Shown here: piece by piece, positions 1-11,500 of the stretch
Position numbering within the stretch: the first letter of the stretch is position 1
How the letters are laid out: every line of letters begins with the position of its first letter
IMG/VR virus record: IMGVR_UViG_3300032245_001860
Span: 248,001 to 312,000 of that record
DNA: 64,000 bases
Reading direction: 5' to 3' (one strand)
Position numbers and translations under genes: made by a program
Notes under the pieces: model-generated
Told to the model about the DNA's origin: nothing
Seen by the model: the letters and a program-made list of their open reading frames with translations, nothing else
Database searches by the model: none

Positions 1-5
1 AAATA

Positions 6-236
6 ATGCCTACAGTAGCTTGCTTTTGTGAAAAATGCGGAAAGAGTTTTTATATGAAAGATGAAATGTATCATCCAATGTCTAAAAATCCTTTCCGCAT
101 GTCTAAAAAACAAAAAGAAATTCCTAACACTTGGGAGGATTGGATTTTGCATGTATCTTCAAATTGTGAAGAATGTAGATTGCCTTACACCCCTTCAAGT
201 TGTTATAAGGACTTAGATAGACTAAAAGGGGGCTAA
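6..236 (+). CDS. small Cys-rich (zinc-ribbon-like) hypothetical protein
   Basis: Two CxxC pairs (CEKC, CEEC); ATG sits in a TAATG, suggesting coupling to an upstream gene outside the window. Confidence 0.6.
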   Translation: MPTVACFCEKCGKSFYMKDEMYHPMSKNPFRMSKKQKEIPNTWEDWILHVSSNCEECRLPYTPSSCYKDLDRLKGG

Positions 237-517
237 GACATATCTGGATGAGACAAATTTTCTTCAAAGCTATTTATAATGCTTCTAAGAGTTTCGGCAC
301 TTAAATTGCCTTTATCGTCAAATTTAATATTGTTGTGTTGTGCAAGATCAAATAAAATTCCACCAATAAATTCATTCATTGCTTGATCTGCATTTATGGA
401 AGATTTTGATTCTTCTTTATCTTCAATGGGTATTTCTGATATAATATCATCAGCTTCATTTTCTAAGCCCATTTCTGCCAATTCTTGAGCTATTTTTATC
501 AAAGCATAAGTATTCAT
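233..517 (-). CDS. hypothetical protein carrying the shared leader motif
   Basis: N-terminus LIKIAQELAEMGLENEADDI matches the motif in ORFs at 53321, 53864, 54607, 56170 and 58585. Confidence 0.7.
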   Translation of the reverse strand: MNTYALIKIAQELAEMGLENEADDIISEIPIEDKEESKSSINADQAMNEFIGGILFDLAQHNNIKFDDKGNLSAETLRSIINSFEENLSHPDMS

Positions 518-519
518 AT

Positions 520-783
520 TTATCCCGTTTTGAAAATCTCAGAAAACAATTTGTCAATATAATCTTTGGAAGCTGTTCTGTTATTCCCATTATGCTTGTT
601 ACAAAGATTTTTTCCAATAAAAGAGTTCATCCATGGTTGGTTTTGTGCGTGTTGTAAAATAAATATGGTACCACATTTATTACGGCAGAATAAACCACCA
701 CAAAGAGCACAAGTTGCGGGGTATAGCATAGGCTCTCCGCAAACTTCACACAGAGGAGGAGTTTTCTTTCTATTTCTTGGCAT
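520..783 (-). CDS. zinc-finger protein
   Basis: CEVC..CALC..C..C..CNKH pattern; ATG at 783 preferred over TTG at 819. Confidence 0.6.
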   Translation of the reverse strand: MPRNRKKTPPLCEVCGEPMLYPATCALCGGLFCRNKCGTIFILQHAQNQPWMNSFIGKNLCNKHNGNNRTASKDYIDKLFSEIFKTG

Positions 784-892
784 ATAGTTGTTAAGATTTG
801 GATTCACGTCATTTACCAACTTTTGATGATATAATCATTAGTTATTAATACATTAAAAATTTCAAGTAATTCCTGCTTGAAACGGAAAGGAT

Positions 893-1528
893 ATGCAAAT
901 GATTAATATTATAAGAATATTAATTGCTTTTATATGCATGCTGATAACAGTAAGTGCAGTAAAAGCTAAAGAAATTAATCAAAACGCTAAGGCATCCGTG
1001 TCAAATAGTGTAAAAAACAAACTTGATAAAAAAGAAAAAATCTTTAAATTTATCAAACTTGTTCAGCCAAAGTATTCAGCGTCTTATATTAAAAAAATTG
1101 TTGATGCAATATTCAAATATAGCGCAAAGTACAAAATTGACCCATATATCATTACAACAACTGCATATATTGAAAGTGAATTCAATATGAAAAGTGGTCC
1201 TTGTGATGGAATTATGCAAATATACAGACCAACATTAAGATGGTTAGATCCCAAGAAAGAATACAATGTCAATACTATTGATGGAAATATTGGACTTGGT
1301 ACTAAAGAACTTTCCAGGCATTACAATTTCAAGTATGTCAGAGGTCGTCAAATGGATCGTTCTTCAAATAATTTCAATGCTTTAAAATTAATGTGGGGCA
1401 AATATAATGGAGCTGGACCAGATAGTAGTTATGTAAAAAAATGTTTTAATGTCTTAAGAAGATTAGGTATTAAAAATGTTTCAGAAATAGAAATAATACT
1501 TCGAAGAAAACAACTTTGGTCTAAGTAA
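893..1528 (+). CDS. SLT-family lytic transglycosylase with N-terminal signal peptide
   Basis: Hydrophobic N-terminus ending AVKA; catalytic-type motif IESEF, GIMQI, NIxLGxKEL, YNG; AAGGA upstream. Confidence 0.85.
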   Translation: MQMINIIRILIAFICMLITVSAVKAKEINQNAKASVSNSVKNKLDKKEKIFKFIKLVQPKYSASYIKKIVDAIFKYSAKYKIDPYIITTTAYIESEFNMKSGPCDGIMQIYRPTLRWLDPKKEYNVNTIDGNIGLGTKELSRHYNFKYVRGRQMDRSSNNFNALKLMWGKYNGAGPDSSYVKKCFNVLRRLGIKNVSEIEIILRRKQLWSK

Positions 1529-1531
1529 AAA

Positions 1532-1559
1532 AAAGAGGAGAGCAAATGCTCTCCTCTTT
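1532..1559. terminator. bidirectional intrinsic terminator
   Basis: Perfect hairpin aaagaggagagc-aaat-gctctcctcttt between convergent genes, A-tract on the left. Confidence 0.85.
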
Positions 1560-1578
1560 CGAATTGTAAACAGAAAAA

Positions 1579-2181
1579 CTATGCACCACCAGCTGTTTGG
1601 GTGTATCTGTTTTGTGAAGATGGGTATCTTGAAATTGCAGTAGTAGCACCACCAGCATAACCGTATGATCCTGGGGTATTTACAATATTTAAGTCACCGA
1701 GCATTCTATTCATTTCATAAGTAACTTTTTGGCACTTGCTTGATAAGTTAGCATATGTGAGCTTTAAGTATGATGAAGCTACAGCCTTTTCAGTTGCTGT
1801 CATACCAGAAACTGCAGTATTGTAGTTTGTAATGGTTGTTGACAAGTTTGACAATATTGTAGCGAAATCACCAAATGAATCAGTGTAGTATGATGAAGCA
1901 ATAACTCCAAGAGGCGCAGTACCAGCTCTTAAGTCAGTCGGGTACTTTGCTGCTGAGTTGAATGTTACAGTTGTGATGTCATTTGCATCAAGAGCTTGGA
2001 AATATTGTTGTCCTGTTGAGATACCAAGACCAACAACTTGGTTCTTAAACTCTTGATAAGAAACTGTATTACTAAAATAGTAAGATCCTGGATCGTTTGT
2101 TGTGGCAACGCCAGATCTTGCAGCGGCTGTTACTACGCCTCCACTTAAGACTGGATACAAACTTGATGGATAGGTTGGCAT
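1579..2181 (-). CDS. hypothetical, probably virion structural protein
   Basis: 200 aa, Ser/Thr/Gly/Ala-rich like the fibre genes; strong AAGGAG upstream of ATG. Confidence 0.65.
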   Translation of the reverse strand: MPTYPSSLYPVLSGGVVTAAARSGVATTNDPGSYYFSNTVSYQEFKNQVVGLGISTGQQYFQALDANDITTVTFNSAAKYPTDLRAGTAPLGVIASSYYTDSFGDFATILSNLSTTITNYNTAVSGMTATEKAVASSYLKLTYANLSSKCQKVTYEMNRMLGDLNIVNTPGSYGYAGGATTAISRYPSSQNRYTQTAGGA

Positions 2182-2540
2182 TTTAAAAACTCCTTAAACC
2201 TTTTAAAAAATATTTCTTCGAAGAAAACACTTTAAAACTTTTTTTGTTTTCATATATCCTATTATTGCAATTCCTTTTTTATACCTGCAAAAAGCCCTAT
2301 ATTGGGTTTATTGCTATGTACAAAGTTATTGTAATAAAGTTTATATTTATGATTTTCTGTAAAAGGAAACATTGTCCTTTATATTCTTTCATGGATGTAA
2401 AAACTACTTCACGCACATAGGATAGAAAGAAAAAATAAGAACAACATAGAACAAATAATAAAGATTCTCTTTAATTCCACTTTTGAATTTTATCCTGAGC
2501 AATGTTTGTTTTATGTTTTTATTGGAAGTAAAAAAATAAG

Positions 2541-5537
2541 ATGGCCGATTTTTACATAGTACCCCCCAGATTAACAGTTGGTACATTTGATAGAGCAAAT
2601 GTTGTCAATAGTATCAACTCCTTAAAAGGAGATTTGACATTTATTGCCGATGCTAATTCTGGCATTAGAGTTGTTATATCTGGGAATACTTTTAGATTTG
2701 CCATAACAGAAAATTACTACGTTAAAAAACAAGGTGATATATATCCTAAAAACTTAGTTTTTACTCCTGAAGCTGGTTACTACGGTCTCTCTGTTGGTTC
2801 TGGAGCCGCTGATCCTGGAACTGGTGCAACTGGTGGTTTGTTTTTCAATACCACATCAAGTTTGCTGAAAGTTTATAATGGCTCTTCGTGGGGAGAAATT
2901 ACTGGTTCAGGCATTACTCAAGGTGCAGCTGACTTAAGATATCTTAAATTAGATGGCACTAATACCCCAACTGCGAATATTTCGATGGGGTCTGCATTAC
3001 TCAGGCTTGCAAACCTTACTACTCAAGCTCTTCCTGGTACAACTGGTCAGATGTTTTTCAATACATCTACAGGAAGAATTAATGTTTATAATGGCACCTA
3101 CTGGGATGATGTTGGTTTAGGTGTTACAAGCATTCAAATTGGTTTTGGTTTAACTTCTACTCAAAATCCAATCGTTCAATCTGGTACTGTTTCTGTTGAC
3201 CTTACTGCAAACTATACATGGACAGGAACTCATAATTTTACAAGTCCAGTTACATTTTCTGCAGCTGGTCAGTCATTCAATATATCTAAGTTATTTATAT
3301 CTGGACAATCTGCTGGCGACTTAATTTATTTCAATGGCACAAACTGGACAAGGTTTGGTATTGGTTCAACAAGTCAAGCTTTAGTAGTTGATTCTTCAGG
3401 GTCTGGAATCACATGGGGAGCTGCCTTAAGTACTTCCGCTGGTTTAGGACTATCTACATTAAATGGTATTGGAACAACAGAACAATTCTTTGCTGTTGGA
3501 ACAAGTGGCTCTTTATTCAATATATCTTCTTTTGGATCCACACATACTTTCAACATTCCAATTGCCGGTACAGGAGCTACAGGTTTAGTTTCAACTGGCG
3601 TACAGACATTCACTGGCGCTAAAACTTTTGATACTACCTTAACTGTTAGTGCATTTACTGGTTCTGCATCAACTACTACTGGCGCATTAATTGTAAATGG
3701 TGGAGTTGGTATAGGCGGAAGTATATTTACATCCAGTTCCTATGCAAGCTCTATTTCTGGTGTTGTTCTTAGCAATGGAGTTATAACATCTGGTTCATGG
3801 GCTGGCTCAACAATAACAGGTAGATATGGTGGTACTGGTTACACATCTTACACCAAAGGTGATTTGCTTGTTGGAGCTGGTGGAACATTTGTCAAACTTC
3901 CAGTAGGTTCTGATTCATATGTTTTAGTTTCAAGTTCTTCAACAGATGCTGGAGTAGCTTGGACAACACCTACAAGCATAGGAAGCACAACTATTGGTAC
4001 TCCGACAGATGGTCTGTACACTGATGGATTCTTTACTTCTTGGACAAATTCTACCACAATTGCTAATGCTTTAGATGACATAAATGAATTACTTTCTCAA
4101 ATAGCTCCTGCAAGACCAGGATATTTGACAAGTACAAGTTTGACAGCAACTTCTGTACCAACTTATTACACTGTTGGAATTTCTGCTGGATTAGGCACTG
4201 AATGGTATCAGGCTGGATATGGCACAGGTTCCAGCATCACAAGATATTATTTGTCAGGTGCTCATACATTATCTACAGCAAATACATCAACAGCATTCTC
4301 TGCTGGAACTTTGACAACTTCAACATATGGAACTATCTATTTCAATAGATATAATTATTTGACTCCTGGCGGTGGCGGGGTAGGCACAATTGACTTGACT
4401 ACCAATTATGCTATCAACTACACTAATAACAACCTTAGATTGACAGCTTTAGGTGCATATAATACAATTTGGACCAAAGCTAATGCACAAATAAATGCCT
4501 ACACTCAGCCAAACTCGGGTTATGAGGGTGTTTATATTGCTCATACAGAAAATAGTCAATTTACAAATACATATGAAATGTGGAAAGATTCATGGTCATC
4601 TTCGAATCCAAGTCCATCTTTCTCTCAATCTGCCACAGCTTCTACATATTCACAAACTTTAAGATTTCTTTCTGGTATTGGTTACTATACTACTGGAACT
4701 GGTTTTAGTGTTTATTTTAAGGGAGCAGCTGGAATATTTAGCAGTTGTTATAATACCACTCAAGTTTATGCAATTTCTGCAACAGGTTTAGTTACAGCTA
4801 CTGGCACAACTTCAAACCCACATTATGCAGGAGAACTTGATAAATCAGGCAATAATCACGTTAGAGTTACATTAAACTCTGCAAGTGCATCTTCATTCAA
4901 CAAATATATTACAGCAACAATATACAAAGCGCATGGCACAACTGCTGCATCAAATGCAATTATAGGTAGAGCAATTAATACATATACTACAACTTCCACT
5001 GACACATTTGAAGGATTCCAAGACGAAGCAAGAAGACTTGTAATTGGCACAGGTATCGCATTTACATCAAATATTGATATGGCAAACGGGAATTTGCAGG
5101 TCAGATCTGGAACATTAAGTTATCCTCTTGCTGCAGATTATGATACTGAATATGGTGGAACACACACATTTACAGGTGATCAAGAATACCAAAGATATTT
5201 TTACAAAACATCTGCAAGTACTGGACAGCTTTCTTTAGGTGGTTTTACGGCTTCTAATATTTCAGCGTATGGCACAGGAAGTGTGAATTTACTTCTTTAT
5301 TTAGAAAGCGACAACAAATATTTTGATTTAGGAGTTTTGCAAGGATCTAATGCAAATGACGGTTCTTCAAGAGCTCAAGCTATTTCTGCAAAGGTAGCGA
5401 CATCAGGAAGTGGTGTCTCATGGTCCTTTGGAGTTTATAGCACTGGTGTAAGTGGAGCTGGAAATTCTGGCAGATATCGTGCAATTGTTATTTATAAAAA
5501 TAACACCTATTCAATGACAAGTATAACGAGTTCATAA
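2541..5537 (+). CDS. large virion fibre/appendage protein (998 aa)
   Basis: GxxFFNTxxxxLxVYNGxxW fibre motifs; shares the YGGTGYTxYTKGDLLVGAG and THTFNIPIAG modules with downstream giants. Confidence 0.75.
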   Translation: MADFYIVPPRLTVGTFDRANVVNSINSLKGDLTFIADANSGIRVVISGNTFRFAITENYYVKKQGDIYPKNLVFTPEAGYYGLSVGSGAADPGTGATGGLFFNTTSSLLKVYNGSSWGEITGSGITQGAADLRYLKLDGTNTPTANISMGSALLRLANLTTQALPGTTGQMFFNTSTGRINVYNGTYWDDVGLGVTSIQIGFGLTSTQNPIVQSGTVSVDLTANYTWTGTHNFTSPVTFSAAGQSFNISKLFISGQSAGDLIYFNGTNWTRFGIGSTSQALVVDSSGSGITWGAALSTSAGLGLSTLNGIGTTEQFFAVGTSGSLFNISSFGSTHTFNIPIAGTGATGLVSTGVQTFTGAKTFDTTLTVSAFTGSASTTTGALIVNGGVGIGGSIFTSSSYASSISGVVLSNGVITSGSWAGSTITGRYGGTGYTSYTKGDLLVGAGGTFVKLPVGSDSYVLVSSSSTDAGVAWTTPTSIGSTTIGTPTDGLYTDGFFTSWTNSTTIANALDDINELLSQIAPARPGYLTSTSLTATSVPTYYTVGISAGLGTEWYQAGYGTGSSITRYYLSGAHTLSTANTSTAFSAGTLTTSTYGTIYFNRYNYLTPGGGGVGTIDLTTNYAINYTNNNLRLTALGAYNTIWTKANAQINAYTQPNSGYEGVYIAHTENSQFTNTYEMWKDSWSSSNPSPSFSQSATASTYSQTLRFLSGIGYYTTGTGFSVYFKGAAGIFSSCYNTTQVYAISATGLVTATGTTSNPHYAGELDKSGNNHVRVTLNSASASSFNKYITATIYKAHGTTAASNAIIGRAINTYTTTSTDTFEGFQDEARRLVIGTGIAFTSNIDMANGNLQVRSGTLSYPLAADYDTEYGGTHTFTGDQEYQRYFYKTSASTGQLSLGGFTASNISAYGTGSVNLLLYLESDNKYFDLGVLQGSNANDGSSRAQAISAKVATSGSGVSWSFGVYSTGVSGAGNSGRYRAIVIYKNNTYSMTSITSS

Positions 5538-5538
5538 T

Positions 5539-8500
5539 ATGTCCTGGTCACAACAAGATTTAAGTTTCAAAAAGCTATCTAATAAAAGAGTAACCACAAG
5601 CACTGGCAAAGGTTTACCTGAAGAAAAAGGTGCGTCTACTCTTGAACTATATTTACCAGATATAAAAACAGAATTAATACCAGGAACAGGCAACACAGCT
5701 ACTGGTTTGAATGGTGTTTTGTATTATTATGGTCCGACTGCTGCATTTGGGCAAACATTAGTAGTTGATACATCTGTACCTGGAAACTTAACTTGGTTTG
5801 CTTCATCTGGTTATGGAAATACCACTACAGCAAATGATGGTTCTGCTGGATCTGAATCACAAAGATTATTTAATTGGGTTTCAGATAAATATGATGCTTT
5901 TGGCACTGTATCTGGCGCTGGTTATGAAATTAAGCTTTATGATGCTTCTAATAACTTAATTACAAAATCAGATGCTTCTAACTGGTTATTTGACTATCAA
6001 ACTGGCATTCTTATGTTCAATAATGCCACTTTATCAAATGGCAATCCAGTTTCTACATCAGGACCATATAAGATTGTCGGATGGAGATATGTTGGTCAAA
6101 AAGGCATAATTCCAGCGTATTATGGTGGTTCTGGATATACAACATACACAAAGGGTGACCTTTTAGTTGGTGCTGGTGGAACATTTATTAAATTAAATGT
6201 TGGTTCTGATAATTATGTTCTTTCAGCTGACTCAACCACAGCATCTGGTTTGAAATGGGTTGTTAACTCTGGATCTGGTTCTGGCATTTCTGTTCTCAAT
6301 GGACTTTCTGCAACTACCCAATTTTTTGCAGTAGGTACAAGTGGAAGTTTATTTAATATATCTTCATCTGGATCTACTCATACATTCAATATTCCAATTG
6401 CTGGATCAGGTGCAACAGGTTTAGTTTCGACAGGTTCTCAGACTTTTGCTGGTCAAAAAACATTTACTTCTCCAATTTTAGGAGATCTTTCTGGTACTGC
6501 AACGACTGCTGGATTTGCCACAACAGCTGCTACAGCTCAAGGAGTTTTATCATCAATCACTGGACAGGCTGTAGATTTAAGTATTGGTCTTATAAGTGGT
6601 ACAGCGTTATCATACAGTAGTAACCTTTATTATAATCCAGCATCAGGTAGATTGGCAGCTGTAAGTTATACTGGTTCATGGGCCGGTAGTACAATCACAG
6701 GATTTTATGGTGGTACAGGATACACAACATACACCAAGGGTGATATTTTAGTTGGCGCAGGTGGAACATTTATTAAGTTAGGTGTTGGAACTGATACCTA
6801 TGTTTTAACAGCATCATCTTCATCTGCAACAGGTTTGACTTGGTCTCCTACTGCTGCTACTGGTATTACAACTCTTAATTCTCTTACAGCAACTCAACAA
6901 TATTTCTCAACAGGCACATCTGGATCCACATTTAATATTTCATCTTCTGGATCTACACATACATTTAATATACCGATAGCTGGTACTGGTACTACTGGAT
7001 TAGTTTCTACTCTTGCTCAAACATTTGCAGGAGCCAAAACATTTACAGGCGATGTAGTTATAACATCATCGACAGCTTCAACCTACATGGCAAATGGAGC
7101 TTTGACTGTAAATGGTGGAGTTGGAATATCTGGCCAGCTTTCATTCAATCAAGCTGCCATGGGATATACAGGGATTGCAACAAACCCTGTAATGGCATTT
7201 ATAGGAAGCACCAATACAGCTCCTATAACAATGACTGTTCTTTCTGATGGATCTCTTCTCTGGGAAGGCAGCTCAGGAAAACTATTTGGAATCAATAACA
7301 ATCTTTCATCAGGTTGGATTTTCAATGTTGGAGATATTTCAGGTCTTCCAATACTTAGAGCAAATGCAGATGGCACTATTGCTATGGCTGAGTTTGCTGC
7401 AAATGTTGGCATTGGTCTTTCAAATCCATCATACAAACTTCATGTTGTAGGTGATACTAATCTTTCATCTGGTTATGTTTACAGAATTAATGGTACTTCG
7501 GTTTTATCATCTACACAAGTTTTAGGACTCACTGTAAACTCTGGAAATATTACATCAGGAGCTTGGTCAGGAACAGCAATATCAGTTCCTTATGGTGGCA
7601 CTGGTCTTACATCTTACACAGTTGGTGATATTCTTTATGCTTCTGGTTCAGCAACTATTGGTAGATTAGCTGCTGGAACTGCTGGATCTATTCTTATTTC
7701 TGCTGGAGCTGGAGCAACTCCATATTATAGCAGTCCAGCATTATTTGTATCGGGAAATGCCACAACAGCTGCAAACATAAATATAGTTGCAACAACCACT
7801 GGAACTCTTTATCCTTTATTTTCAAATGTCTCTACAACTGCTTCTGGAGTTGGAGTATCTGTTGACTCAGCAATATCTTATAATGCTGCTACAGATACAT
7901 TATCTGCTGGTAAATTTAGTGGTTTAGCATCTGGTACAGCAGCAACATTTACTAATATTTATGGAACATTAACTGGTGTTGCTACAACAGCAACTAACGT
8001 AAACACTGTTTCTGCAACAGGTACAAATGCTTCACATTACTTGTTATTCTCACCAGTAAATGGCGGTTCAGGTGTAGCTTTATCAAGTGGAGCTGGCATC
8101 ACATTCAATCCATCTATTGGTCAATTAGGTTTAGGTAATGGATCAGCTATCATAAATGGTTTGTTGTTGGGCACAAGTTCTAATACCATAACAACAACTT
8201 CAGGAAATCTTACACTTAATGCTGGTGGTGGTACTGTTCTTGTCGCTGGAAATCTAAATGTCCAAGGTACAGCAACTTATATTGATTCTACTACTCAAAC
8301 AATTACAGACCCAGTTGTAGTTCTTGGCTCTGGAGCAGGCGGAACACATACAAATGTAACTGACACACAAGATAGAGGAATTGAATACAGAAGATTCTCA
8401 GGTTCTGCTATCACTGGTTTCTTTGGTCTATCAAATGCTTCAGGTAGATTTACTTTCATACCAAATGCAAATGTAACAGCTAACAATACATACACTGGCT

Positions 8501-11500
8501 CTATTGGTGTCATTGAAGCTAATATAACTGGCTCTGCAATAACAGCCACTAATTTTTATGGAACATTTGTTGGAAATTCTGCAAGTGCTACGACTGCTGG
8601 ACTTGCTACCACTGCTCAAAACCTCAACATTACAACTACAGCAACAGGAACACTTTACCCATTATTTACAAGTGTTTCTACTACAGCTTCTGGTGTTGCT
8701 GTTTCTGTTGACGGTACAGATATTTCTTACGATGCTGCTACAAATACTCTTACAGCTGGAAAGTTTAGTGGTTTAGCATCTGGTAGTGCTGCAACATTTA
8801 CAAATTTCTATGGAACGCTTACTGGAAATGTCACTGGTACATCAACAACTTCACAAAATGTAAATATAGTTTCTGCAACTACTGGAACATTCTACCCATT
8901 ATTTAGTAATATTTCCACTACTGCATCTGGTGTGGCTATTTCTGTTGACAGTGGATTATCATGGAATTCTGCAACAGACACATTGACTGCTGGTACATTC
9001 TCAGGAAATCTTTCAGCCACAGCAGCTACAGCAACAAATTTCTATGGTACTTTTGTTGGTTCTGCTACAACTTCAACAAGTTTGAATGTTGTTTTAGCTG
9101 GTACAAACGCAAGTCATCCTATATTATTCACTCCTACAGCTGGATCTGCATCGGGAGTAGCTGTTTCAACAGAATCTTCATTTGTTTACAACCCTTCTAC
9201 TGATATTCTTTCGGTATCTGGTTTAGCTGTTACATCAACAACCGCCTCTACAAACTCTTCAACTGGCGCTTTGATTGTTACTGGCGGAGTTGGTATTGGT
9301 CAATCAGTAAATATTAGTGGACGAGTTGGAATAGGCACCAATTTACTAAATGCCGCATTAAACATTCAAGTTCCATCTACTACTACATCTGGCATCATTT
9401 TGAGAGGAAATGGTTCTCAAACATCTGATGCTATTACTTATTACAGCTCTACTGGTAGCACCCAATTCGCTGTAGATGCAAATGGACGTGTCAGACTTAC
9501 TGGCATGGATGGTATCTGGAACAATAAAGTCCAGCAAAATATATTTGATGTTTCTGATGGAAGAGTAAACTGGAATCTTACTACTTGGCAATATTCATCT
9601 ATTTTTTGGGTTACGGCAAATGCAAGTATTACACAAGCATCTGGCCAACTACAATTTACCAATAGTGGCACAACATCTGTAACAGGTGTTGGTGTTGTTG
9701 CAACTGGCTGGGATACTGGTGGAGCGAACAGAGTATTTGGAATTGTTTCTCCTTCAGGTAGTGAAAGAACATATTTTAAAGGTTATGGAAACCTTGTAAT
9801 TAATCCTAATAATCCAAACGCATTGCATACTGGTTGGAATACCATGGATTTAATTACCTTGGATATTTCTGGTACGGCAAATACCTACGTAGGAAATATC
9901 ATTTTAGGTAAAGTTGAAGGCACAGAGAGATTTTCAGTTGGTCCATTCGGTAACACAAAGATTACAGTTGGTTCTGCCACCACTGCAACAGGTTTATTAG
10001 TAAAAGCAGTAGCATCACAATCTGGCAATATAATAGAAACTCAAGCTTCCACAGGTGTAACAAACTTCTATGTTTCACCAACAGGAGGCGGCTCATTCTC
10101 TGATAATCTTGAAATAAGATCAGCTAAAGAAGTTAGATTTAACAACTCTGGAAATACATTCTACACAGGTTTTAAAGCTGGATCAAATGCATCTAACACC
10201 ACTTACACTTTACCTATTGCATTCCCAGGATCAGGCACATCAGTATTGCAATCTGATTCTTCTGGTGCTTTATCTTGGGTAGGTGTAGTTGGAAGTGCAT
10301 CTACAGCGCAAAACATAAATATAGTTGCAGCAAATACAAACTCTGCTCATCAATTAGTATTTACTCCAGCAAGTGGTTCAGGTTCAGGTGTTGCAGTTTC
10401 TTCAAGAACAACATTAAACTTCAATCCTTCTACTGATATTCTTTCAGTTTCTGGTTTAGCAGTCACAGCATCCACAGCTTCAACTAACTCTTCTACTGGC
10501 GCTCTGATAGTAACTGGCGGAGTTGGTATTGGCGGAACAATTTACACTGCTACTGATCTTAATGTAGGAAATTCAACTACTGGAAGATTGTATTTTAGCC
10601 AAGCAACATTAGGATCTGCTGGAACTACTGTCATTCCTTCGATGGCGTTTATTGGAACAACAAACTCTCCAATAACTTTATCTGTTCTTACTGATAACTC
10701 ACTTTCATTTGATGGTAGTTCAGGTCAGTTATTTTCTATAAATAACAACCTTTCTACAGGTTGGATATTTGCTGTAAACGATATATCTGGTTTACCATTA
10801 ATCAGAGCAAACGCCGATGGTACTGTTGCCATGGGAGAGTTTGCTGGAAATATTGGTATTGGAATTTCAAATCCATCATACAAGTTACATGTTGTTGGAG
10901 ATACAAATCTTTCTTCTGGATATGTATACAGAATTAATGGTACTTCAGTTTTATCTGCAACTTCATTAGGTACTGGGGTCACTAATTCTTCACTTACTGC
11001 TGTTGGGACAATTACTACTGGTACATGGGCAGGAAGTACAATTACTGGCCTTTATGGCGGTACTGGATACACTAACTATACTGCTGGTGATATTCTTGTT
11101 GGAGCTGGCGGAACCTTCATCAAATTAAATGCTGGCTCTTCCAACTATGTATTGACATCAAATGGATCTGGCACAATACCATCTTGGCAAGCAGTTCCTC
11201 CGTCTGCTGCATCTTCTGTTGCAGTATCACCTACCACAACCAATTCTTCTTTCTCTATTACAGTAGTTAATAGTGCAAGTGGCTCAGGTTTAGGTCTCTC
11301 TACAATTGCATCTTTTGTAATCAATCCATCCACTGGCATACTTTCAGTTTCTGGTTTAGCAGTCACATCATCTACTTCATCTACAAGTTATTCTACTGGT
11401 GCCTTAATTGTCACAGGTGGTGTAGGAATAGGAGGAAGTTTATACACTTCTTCTTCATTCGCAGATTCTATATCAGGTGTAGTCCTAAATAATGGTGTAA

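Noticed and set aside
2182-2540. Structured RNA in the 360-bp divergent intergenic region
   Set aside because: Very AT-rich with only short imperfect hairpins; adequately explained as divergent promoters
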